Below are positions 1 through 7,322 of a stretch of 21,342 nucleotides of DNA, in pieces. The position numbers were made by a program, and so were the translations under genes. Numbering within the stretch: position 1 is the first letter of the stretch; each line of letters opens with the position of its first letter. The notes below the pieces were generated by a model. The model was not told the origin of the DNA. It made no database searches and saw only the letters and a program-made list of their open reading frames with translations. This DNA is from Fimbriimonadales bacterium. GTDB taxonomy: Bacteria; Armatimonadota; Fimbriimonadia; Fimbriimonadales; JABRVX01. The DNA lies in assembly GCA_045862955.1 (NCBI GenBank), contig BTVI01000047.1, positions 1 to 21,342 of the forward strand. Direction: 5' to 3'.

Positions 1-283
1 CTGACGTCTTCCCAAACCTTGCGTCATGCTGAACCTGACCCCATCCCAGACCTTGCGTCATCCTGGACCTGTCGCCATCCCAATCCTGTCGTCATGCTGA
101 GCTTGTCGAAGCATGACCCCGCCGGCCGCACGTTTTCGAACCCACTAGGCGGCTCTGGGACTCACACATGCATGCTTCGACAGGCTCAGCATGACGTTAG
201 GCTCAGGGTGAGCGAGGAGGGTGAGACGCTCCTCCCACTACCTTGCGGCTACCGATCGCATGCTTCGACAAGCTCAGCATGAC

Positions 284-484
284 GGCGCCAGTGACCCATC
301 CTCTCGGCGAGGGGGAGGGGTGGGTACGTGCCTTCCATCCCACGGCGGATGGAGGCACGTCTTTGGTATGCATGACCCCCACCCCAACCCTCCCCCTTCC
401 GCTTCGCTCCAAGGGGAGGGAGCCGCGACCGGCTCAGCCCCTAGGGTAGTTGCGATCATGTGTGACCGCCCTAGTGAACCTGTC
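284..484. repeat. Embedded ~200-bp module with a second palindrome family; second copy at ~939-1135
   Basis: Hairpin ACGTGCCT(T)CCATCC-cacggc-GGATGGAGGCACGT followed by CCCCCACCCCAACCCTCCCCCTT...AAGGGGAGGG. The two copies are near-identical. Confidence 0.85.
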
Positions 485-1135
485 GCCATGCTGCACCCAG
501 CGTCATCCCAAACCATGCGTCATGCTGAACCTGACCTCATCCCAAACCTTGCGCCATCCTGGACCTGTCGCCATCCGGATCCTGCCGTCATGCTGAGCCT
601 GTCGAAGCATGACCCCGCCGGCCGCACGTTTTCGAACCCACTAGGCGGCTCTGGGACTCACACATGCATGCTTCGACAGGCTCAGCATGACGGATGAGCG
701 TGACGCCCTCCTCCCGCTACCTTGCGGCTACCAGCCGCATGCTTCGACAGGCTCAGCATGACGTTAGGCTGAGCGTGACCGATGAGGGTGACACGCTCCT
801 CCCGCTACCTTGCGGCTACTGGCCTCATGCTTCGACAGGCTCAGCATGACGTTAGGCTCAGGGTGAGCGAGGAGGGTGAGACGCTCCTCCCACTACCCTG
901 CGGCTACCGGCTGCATGCTACGACAGGCTCAGCATGACGGCGCCAGTGACCCATTCTCTAGAGGGGGAGGAGTGCGTACGTGCCTCCATCCCACGGCGGA
1001 TGGAGGCACGTCTTTGGTATGCATGACCCCCACCCCAACCCTCCCCCTTCCGCTTCGCTCCAAGGGGAGGGAGCCGCGACCGGCTCAGCCCCTAGGGTAG
1101 CTGCGATCATTCATAACCTCGCTGGTGAACCTGTC

Positions 1136-1407
1136 GCCATGCCAAACCTTGCGTCATGCTGCACCCTGCGTCATCCCAAACCTTGCGTCATGCTGCACCC
1201 TGCGTCATCCCAAACCTTGCGTCATGCTGCACCTGACGTCTTCCCAAACCTTGCGTCATGCTGCACCCTGCGTCATCCCACACCTAGCGCTACGCTGACC
1301 CTGACGTAATGCTGCACCTGACGTCTTCCCAAACCTTGCGTCATGCTGAACCTGACCCCATCCCAGACCTTGCGTCATCCTGGACCTGTCGCCATCCCAA
1401 TCCTGTC
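1136..1407 (+). repeat. 17-bp tandem minisatellite, 16 degenerate units
   Basis: Units such as GTCATGCTGCACCCTGC and GTCATCCCAAACCTTGC in exact 17-nt register, ending at the REP at 1408. Shorter arrays at 6-90 (5 units) and 485-586 (6 units). Confidence 0.95.
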
Positions 1408-1840
1408 GTCATGCTGAGCTTGTCGAAGCATGACCCCACCGGCCGCACGTCTTCGAACCCACTAGGTGGCTCTGGCACTCACACCTGCATGCTTCGACAG
1501 GCTCAGCATGACGGATGAGCGTGACGCCCTCCTCCTGCTACCTTGCGGCTACTGGCCTCATGCTTCGACAAGCTCAGCATGACGTTAGGCTGAGCGTGAC
1601 GCCCTCCTCCCGCTACCTTGCGGCTACCGGCCTCATGCTTCGACAGGCTCAGCATGACGACAAGCTCAGCATGACGGCAGGCTCAGCGTGACCGATGAGG
1701 GTGAAACGCTCCTCCTGCTACCCCGCGACTACCGGCCGCATGCTTCGACAGGCTCAGCATGACGACAAGCTCAGCATGACGTTAGGCTGAGCGTGACCGA
1801 GGAGGGTGAGACGCTCCTCCTGCTGCCTTGCGGCTGGGTG

Positions 1841-2983
1841 TTACACGCTCTCCAGCGCTGTGACGAGGTCCTCGATCAGGTCGTCGGGGTGTTCCAAGCC
1901 GACGCTGAGGCGAATCAGGGTATCGCTGATACCTGCCCGCTCGCGCGCTTCCGGTGTCATGCTCGCGTGTGTCTGCTTGGCCGGAATACACACCAACGAT
2001 CGAACGCCCCCGAGGCTCTCGCCCAGCGCGAACAACTTCGTGGCAGCTACCAGCCGATGCGCCGAGGACGCATCACCCTCGACCTCGAAGCTGAGCATCG
2101 CTCCGAAGCCCTTCATCTGCCTGCGAGCAAGTTCGTGCTGCGGGTGCGAAGGCAGCCCCGGGTAGTGGACGCGCCGCACCTTCGGGTGCTCCTCCAAGAA
2201 CCGTGCTACCTTCTCTGCGTTCGCAGACTGCTGCTTTACGCGGAGGGAGAGCGTCTTGACCCCCCGGGCAAGCAGCCAGCAGTCGAACGGCCCCTGCACG
2301 GCACCAACGGCATTTTGCAGGAACTTCAGCCGCTCGTAGAGGCCATCATCGTTAGTTAGACACGCGCCACCTAACACGTCCAGGTGGCCGCCGATATACT
2401 TGGTAGTGGAGTGAATCACGATATCGGCGCCCAGTTCTAGCGGGCGTTGCAGCACGGCTGTGGCAAAGGTGTTATCCACCACGGTGATCAGACCCCTCGC
2501 TCGAGCGACAGCCGATAGTGCTTCGATGTCGCACAGGCCGAGCAGAGGGTTGGTGGGCGACTCGAGCCAGAGCATCCGAGTGTTGGGCCGGATCGCGCGC
2601 TCCACGACTCCGATGTCGGCGACATCCACGAAGTCGGCCTCGATTCCGAATCGCTTGTAGACGAACTCGAGGATGCGAAAGGTGCCACCATACACACTGG
2701 CTGGGCAGATGACATGGCTACCACTCTCCAGCAGTAGCAGGATGTTGTTTATGGCGCTCATGCCAGAAGCGAAACACAGACCGTACTTCGCGCCCTCTAT
2801 GGCTGCCAGGCTCTTCTCGAGCAGCGAGCGCGAAGGGTTGCCGGTTCGAGAGTAGATGTACCCACGGTCCTGACCGATGCCGTCTTGGACGTAGGTAGAC
2901 GTCTGGTAGATGGGCGGCACGATGCTACCCGTGGCGCCGTCCGGCTCGTGGCCGACATGGATTGCGAGTGTTTCGGGTCTCAC
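1841..2983 (-). CDS. metB: Cystathionine gamma-synthase/gamma-lyase family PLP enzyme (Cys/Met metabolism)
   Basis: Motifs PPIYQTSTY, YSRTGNP, FASGMSA, WLESPTNP, VDNTFAT, HSTTKYIGGH (PLP lysine), ESLGG and IRLSVGLE. GTG start with GGAGG RBS, overlapping the hom stop (GTGA). Exact specificity (MetB vs MetC/MccB) cannot be read from the sequence. Confidence 0.9.
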   Translation of the reverse strand: MRPETLAIHVGHEPDGATGSIVPPIYQTSTYVQDGIGQDRGYIYSRTGNPSRSLLEKSLAAIEGAKYGLCFASGMSAINNILLLLESGSHVICPASVYGGTFRILEFVYKRFGIEADFVDVADIGVVERAIRPNTRMLWLESPTNPLLGLCDIEALSAVARARGLITVVDNTFATAVLQRPLELGADIVIHSTTKYIGGHLDVLGGACLTNDDGLYERLKFLQNAVGAVQGPFDCWLLARGVKTLSLRVKQQSANAEKVARFLEEHPKVRRVHYPGLPSHPQHELARRQMKGFGAMLSFEVEGDASSAHRLVAATKLFALGESLGGVRSLVCIPAKQTHASMTPEARERAGISDTLIRLSVGLEHPDDLIEDLVTALESV

Positions 2984-4293
2984 TTGGATCCTCCTGTAGT
3001 TTGGTCGGATGGGTCGTAAATAGGAAAGGCGCGCGGCGGCTCGCTCAGATACGTTTGCTTGCGCAGTCGCTTGAGCGCAGTCTCGAGCGAGCTTCGTCTC
3101 GAGCGATGTGTTAGTATTGCGATGTCGGCTCGGTCCTGGCCGACCGCTTCCACGCGGTGCACTTCGACACCACTGGTGTCGAGGATCCTTGTCACCGAGG
3201 CAAGCACGTGGGGCTGATCGCGAAAGGTAACTCTCAGGTAATACCGGCCGCTCGTATCACCTAGGGGAACGATGTGTGGTCGCTCTAGGTCCAGCACTCG
3301 CCTACCCGGTACGCATGCGCGGGTACCGGTGGCGATGCTGAGGATGTCACCTAACACGGCTTGCGCAGTGGGAAGGGGCCCCGCCCCGGGACCTGCAAAG
3401 AAGAGCGAGCCGACGGAGTCTCCCGCCAGCATCAGCGCGTTCCACTCGTCCGATACCGTCGCCAACGGGTGCCTTTCTGGCACGAGGTTCGGCTCCACGC
3501 GGAGCTCGACGGAGCCGTTGTAGCGCCGGGCAGTCGCGAGCAGCTTGATCGTAAAGCCGAAGCTACTCGCGAAACGTAGGTCGTCTGCAGTCAGGCTGGT
3601 AATACCCCTGGTGTACACGTCCGAGGGGCGGAGTGATAGGCCGAACGCCTTGCGCGCGAGCACTACCAGCTTGCACTGCGCGTCCGAGCCGGATACGTCG
3701 GCCGTCGGGTCGGCTTCCGCGAGACCGCGCTTCTGCGCCAGTCGCAGCGCGACCTCATAGTCCAGTCCCTCTCGTGCCATTCGTGTCAGGATGAAGTTGG
3801 TAGTGCCGTTCAGGATTGCGGTAATCGAGTAGAAACGTTCCGCGGCGAAGGTGTGGTCTAAGGCTTGCAGTACAGGGATGCACGAAGCGACGCTGGCCTC
3901 ATACCCGAGCGCGCAACCCTTGGCGTGTGCTAGCGCCTCGAGCCGTTCGCCGTGTCCGGCGAGTACCACTTTGTTCGCTGTCACCACGCTGGTGCCGGAC
4001 GAGAGCGCTCGGCGGATCGCTTGCAGCGCCACGTCCCTCCCACCGAGCAGCTCGACTACGATGTCCAACTTCTTCTGCTTTAGAACGTCTCCCAGCTCTT
4101 TGGTGAAGTCCAAGCGCCCGTTCAGGCCCTCACGGTCTTTGGCCAGGTCTCGGACCAAGGTCTTGCCGATGCGCAGGCGTACGCCTGCGGCTTCCTCTAT
4201 GGCCTGTTGCTCGTCATGGATGAGACGGGCCAGCGCGGCGCCCACTCCGCCACAACCGAGTAGACCCACGCTCACCTCGCGGACCTTTGGCAT
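2980..4293 (-). CDS. hom: Homoserine dehydrogenase with C-terminal ACT domain
   Basis: Rossmann GLLGCGGVG, VVTANK, YEASVA, ILNGTTNFIL, AEADPTADVSG, GPGAG..PTA and ACT-like YYLRV...D.P.VLA. GGGAGG RBS. Confidence 0.95.
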   Translation of the reverse strand: MPKVREVSVGLLGCGGVGAALARLIHDEQQAIEEAAGVRLRIGKTLVRDLAKDREGLNGRLDFTKELGDVLKQKKLDIVVELLGGRDVALQAIRRALSSGTSVVTANKVVLAGHGERLEALAHAKGCALGYEASVASCIPVLQALDHTFAAERFYSITAILNGTTNFILTRMAREGLDYEVALRLAQKRGLAEADPTADVSGSDAQCKLVVLARKAFGLSLRPSDVYTRGITSLTADDLRFASSFGFTIKLLATARRYNGSVELRVEPNLVPERHPLATVSDEWNALMLAGDSVGSLFFAGPGAGPLPTAQAVLGDILSIATGTRACVPGRRVLDLERPHIVPLGDTSGRYYLRVTFRDQPHVLASVTRILDTSGVEVHRVEAVGQDRADIAILTHRSRRSSLETALKRLRKQTYLSEPPRAFPIYDPSDQTTGGSK

Positions 4294-4313
4294 GTCTATC
4301 CTCCCAAATGCCT

Positions 4314-4344
4314 GAGGGCCGTTCCCTTCCGGGGAACGGCCCTC
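4314..4344 (-). terminator. 13-bp perfect GC hairpin in the hom leader (attenuator or terminator-like)
   Basis: GAGGGCCGTTCCC-5 nt-GGGAACGGCCCTC, 20 nt upstream of the hom ATG. Only a weak U tract follows (aggcattt). Confidence 0.55.
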
Positions 4345-4371
4345 CTGAAAGCGTTGTGCGATTGCTTTGGA

Positions 4372-4479
4372 CTACCGTCTTCTTATGGCACCGGAAAGGA
4401 TGTGAGCGGGCGTCGCCACGTCGAGCGTGGCGCGGCGCATCCTCATGGTTGCCATTCGAGTGAAGACTTCGGTCGTCAC
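4372..4479 (-). CDS. Putative Met/Thr-rich leader peptide, 35 aa (MTTEVFTRMATMRMRRATLDVATPAHILSGAIRRR)
   Basis: GTG at 4479, about 10 nt after the TATAAT box; TAG at 4372-4374; 6 Thr and 3 internal Met. It lies between the promoter and the hairpin, ahead of hom-metB. Confidence 0.45.
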   Translation of the reverse strand: MTTEVFTRMATMRMRRATLDVATPAHILSGAIRRR

Positions 4480-4488
4480 GATGCGCGC

Positions 4489-4517
4489 ATTATACGTGCT
4501 GACTGGCGATCTGTCAA
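4489..4517 (-). promoter_or_regulatory. Consensus sigma70 promoter for hom-metB
   Basis: Minus strand TTGACA (4517-4512), 17-nt spacer, TATAAT (4494-4489): a perfect consensus. Confidence 0.88.
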
Positions 4518-6004
4518 CCCCCGGCACGCGCAGATTGGGTCTCTACAAGGCGAAGGAAGTGCTCGAACGGCTGATCCCATTCCTCCGGGTGCCGCGGCTC
4601 GTACCTGGTCGGGGAGACGGAACGCCGGAGCAGCGCTCTCGCTTCTTCCAACGAGGAGAGCTTTCCGGTCGCCATGGCTTGGACCAGGATGTTCCCCGCT
4701 GCGGTGCCCTCGGCGGGCCCGGCAATCACTTCGCGGCCGGTTGCGTCCGCTGCGAACTGGCACAGCAGCGCGTTGCGCGATCCGCCGCCAACGATATGGA
4801 GCGTTCGGACGGTGCGTCCGGTGACCTGCTCGAGTTGCTGGAGGGTGATGCGATACCGCAGTGCAAGCCCTTCGAGGCAGGCCCGTGCGGTCTGCCCGCG
4901 AGAGGTTGGCACAGGTAGGCCGTGCTCGGCACACCAGGCCGCGATGCGGCTGGGCATGTCGCCAGGGCGCAGGAACGCCGGGTCATCCGGGTCCACGAGG
5001 GTTGCGAACCGCGGAGCCGCCTCCGCTTCCGCCGTGACGGTCGGCCAGTCGAGCTCCGGCGTCTCGGCCAACCACGCGCGCCGGCACTCCTGAATCACCC
5101 ACAGCCCCGCGATGTTCTTCAAGAACCGAAATCCCTCAACCCCGCCTTCGTTCGTAAAGTTGGCACGCATCGCTTCGTCGGTGAGGATCGGCTTCAGCGT
5201 CTCCACTCCGAGGAGCGACCAGGTGCCGCAACTGAGGTACGCGATGTCCTCGTGCTCGGTGGGTAAGGCGGCGACAGCACAGGCCGTGTCGTGGCCCGCC
5301 GCTGCGATGACAGGTGTCCCGATGGCCGCTGGCGGATCGGCGGTCAACGTGCCAACTCGCGTCGCAGGCGGCACGATCGGTGGCAGGATGCGAGTGGGGA
5401 TGCCGAGTCGCGCCAGTATGTCACGCGCCCAGTCGCGCGCGATCGGGTCGTAGCACTGTGTGGTGGTTGCGATGGTGAACTCGGCAGAGCGCGGTCCGCA
5501 GAGGTGGTAGGTGATTAGGTCGGGCATCAGCAGCAGACTGTGCGCTTCGGCGAGAGCCCGCGAGCGAGCACGGGCGGCCGCAGCCAGCTGATAGAGGGTG
5601 TTCAGCTCCAGGAACTGGATGCCGGTGCGCCGGTATACCTCCTCCTTCGGCACCGTCGCAAACACGACATCCATCATGCCCGCGGTGCGGGAGTCGCGGT
5701 AGTGGTAAGGGGGCTCCAACAGGTTGCCTCCCTCCCCCAGCAGCCCATAGTCGACTCCCCAGGTGTCTACGGCGATACCGTCGAGTCTTGGTGCACGTGA
5801 CGCGGCTTCGCGGATGGCAGTGCGCACGTTCGTCAGGATCGCCGGAAAGTCCCAGCGGAGCGAGCCGTCGTCCGCGGTGATTGGACCGTTCGGGAAGCGA
5901 TGAACCTCTTCCATCGCCAGCCCGGTATCGGTGATGCGTCCGAGGATGCCTCGGCCGCTCTCCGCTCCGATGTCGAGGGCGAGGTAATAGTGTACGTCGT
6001 TCAT
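4514..6004 (-). CDS. rhaB: Rhamnulokinase (FGGY family sugar kinase)
   Basis: LALDIGAESGR, EVHRFPN, VDTWGVDY, YRDSRT, GIQFLELNTLYQL, GHDTACAV, FTNEGG, KNIAGLW, IVGGGSRN and AGPAEGTAAGN are typical of RhaB/FucK-type kinases. Confidence 0.88.
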   Translation of the reverse strand: MNDVHYYLALDIGAESGRGILGRITDTGLAMEEVHRFPNGPITADDGSLRWDFPAILTNVRTAIREAASRAPRLDGIAVDTWGVDYGLLGEGGNLLEPPYHYRDSRTAGMMDVVFATVPKEEVYRRTGIQFLELNTLYQLAAAARARSRALAEAHSLLLMPDLITYHLCGPRSAEFTIATTTQCYDPIARDWARDILARLGIPTRILPPIVPPATRVGTLTADPPAAIGTPVIAAAGHDTACAVAALPTEHEDIAYLSCGTWSLLGVETLKPILTDEAMRANFTNEGGVEGFRFLKNIAGLWVIQECRRAWLAETPELDWPTVTAEAEAAPRFATLVDPDDPAFLRPGDMPSRIAAWCAEHGLPVPTSRGQTARACLEGLALRYRITLQQLEQVTGRTVRTLHIVGGGSRNALLCQFAADATGREVIAGPAEGTAAGNILVQAMATGKLSSLEEARALLRRSVSPTRYEPRHPEEWDQPFEHFLRLVETQSARAGG

Positions 6005-6115
6005 CGTCGCTAGGGTGCGATTCGGCGAGTGGCACGCTCGTCCCTACCTCGTGCCTGCTCGGAGACGGGGTAATTCCGGCGTCCCGCTAGATAGATAGTC
6101 GCCGGGACGGCGAGA

Positions 6116-6763
6116 TTACGTCCGCACGCGAGAACGAAGCCAGGACAACCACGGATCGAAGCCCTGGCCCGTGGTGCAAGAGAGTTGCATAAGAGGCGCC
6201 TCGGGGTTCACCGAGCGCAGGTGTTCCTCGAACCGCTCCAAGCTGAACGCAACGTAGGGCACGAGGTCACACTTGTTCAGGATCACGGCTGCCGCTCCGC
6301 TGAACATCGAGGGGTACTTGGCGGGTTTGTCGTCGCCCTCCGGTACGCTGCTGACGACGACCTTCTCCCGCTCCCCTAGGTCCCAGGCTGCAGGGCACAC
6401 GAGATTGCCAACGTTCTCGATCGCGAGGACGTCTAGGTTGGAGAGGTCCAGGTGATCGAGTGCCTGACGCACCATCGCCGCATCCAGATGGCAGTTCCCG
6501 CCGGTGTTGATCTGGACCACGGGTGCATCGTGGCGAGCGACTCTCTGTGCGTCGAACTCGGTCGCTAGGTCACCCTCGATCACGCCGATGCGCGGGGAGC
6601 CACCGGCAAGTTGCAGCGTCTTCTCCAGCAGCGAGGTCTTGCCTGCCCCGGGCGAGCCGAGCAGGTTGAACACGTATAGGCCTCGGCTGTCGAAGGCCTC
6701 TCGCAGGGACGCAGCGATGGCATCGTTGGCTTCCAGGACCTTATGAACTACCGGAATCTTCAC
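6116..6763 (-). CDS. hypB: Hydrogenase nickel incorporation GTPase HypB (short form, no His-rich N-terminus)
   Basis: GSPGAGKT P-loop, IEGD, QINTGGNCHLDA, ENVGNLVCPA, EGDDKPAKYP and NKCD. Probable start is GTG 6763 (VKIPVVHKVLEAND) after GAGGTG, overlapping the hypA end. Confidence 0.93.
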   Translation of the reverse strand: MKIPVVHKVLEANDAIAASLREAFDSRGLYVFNLLGSPGAGKTSLLEKTLQLAGGSPRIGVIEGDLATEFDAQRVARHDAPVVQINTGGNCHLDAAMVRQALDHLDLSNLDVLAIENVGNLVCPAAWDLGEREKVVVSSVPEGDDKPAKYPSMFSGAAAVILNKCDLVPYVAFSLERFEEHLRSVNPEAPLMQLSCTTGQGFDPWLSWLRSRVRT

Positions 6764-7103
6764 CGTCCACCTCGATCGATACGATGCTGAACTCCCGCCC
6801 CGAAACGAGACGGGCCCGCGCGGATGCGCACGCGGGGCACGCGATCGGTCCGTCCCCTGCCCCGAACGTTTCGCCGCACTCGCGGCACTCGAAGCGCGCC
6901 GGCACGGTCTCCCAGTCCAACGACGCTCCCTCGGCAGCGGTTCCCTCCGCAATGATGCCGAGGTAGAACCGAATGCAATCCGGGACGAAGGACGACCACT
7001 CCCCGACCTGCAGCGATATTCGCATCACCTTTCGTGCCCTGGCCTTGGCGGCTTCCTCCAAGACGACGCGCAGCAGGTTCTCGGTTGCGGCCAGCTCGTG
7101 CAT
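6741..7103 (-). CDS. hypA: Hydrogenase maturation nickel metallochaperone HypA
   Basis: N-terminal MHE, zinc-binding CREC...CPAC and SGREFSIVSIEV. Confidence 0.95.
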   Translation of the reverse strand: MHELAATENLLRVVLEEAAKARARKVMRISLQVGEWSSFVPDCIRFYLGIIAEGTAAEGASLDWETVPARFECRECGETFGAGDGPIACPACASARARLVSGREFSIVSIEVDGEDSGSS

Positions 7104-7183
7104 GTGTACTCATTATCCTCATGAGGGGGTAGGACCGACGCGCATTGAGCCCAACGTCTTCGAGAAAGCTGACAAACGTGTAG

Positions 7184-7189
7184 TATAAT
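7184..7189 (+). promoter_or_regulatory. Probable -10 box for the large secreted protein gene
   Basis: Perfect TATAAT in the divergent intergenic region; no convincing -35 at 17 nt. Confidence 0.5.
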
Positions 7190-7322
7190 ACGAGTGCAGG
7201 TAAGAATTCGGTCGCTTCCGGACCGTGGGGCGCGGTGCCGGGAGCATTCTAATGTTTGTTGTGTTGTGCTGCACACTCCTGCGGGGGACCGAGTATGCAC
7301 CACAGAGGAAGGGAGTGTCGAA

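Larger units (their letters stand above)
1..1836. repeat. Hierarchical REP-like (BIME-like) array built on the palindrome GTCATGCTGAGC(T/C)TGTCGAAGCATGAC
   Basis: Forward copies at 91-117, 587-613 and 1408-1434. Reverse copies (CATGCTTCGACA(A/G)GCTCAGCATGAC) start at 171, 259, 667, 738, 826, 914, 1488, 1559, 1634 and 1739. Linkers are themselves repeated. The array runs off the left end of the window. Confidence 0.95.

Noticed and set aside
19..1518. Short ORFs in the left repeat region (MLRQAQHD / MLSLSKH peptides)
   Set aside because: They are translations of the REP and 17-mer units in several frames, with no RBS or protein-like features.
1..1836. CRISPR array interpretation of the 25-27 nt palindromic repeat
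   Set aside because: Repeats occur in both orientations, the spacers are copies of each other, and there are no cas genes in the window.
6080..6109. Hairpin CGTCCCG...CGGGACG between hypB and rhaB as a terminator
   Set aside because: Only a 7-bp stem with a 16-nt loop and no U tract; too weak to call.
6116..6763. UreG (urease accessory GTPase) assignment
   Set aside because: It has the HypB motifs CHLDA and NLVCPA rather than the UreG CPH motif, and is coupled to hypA.
6764..6952. N-terminal extension of the hypB ORF
   Set aside because: It overlaps hypA in another frame; HypB similarity and an RBS point to GTG 6763.
7194..7322. GTG 7194 start for the surface protein
   Set aside because: The signal peptide and RBS fit ATG 7323; the extension looks like untranslated leader.
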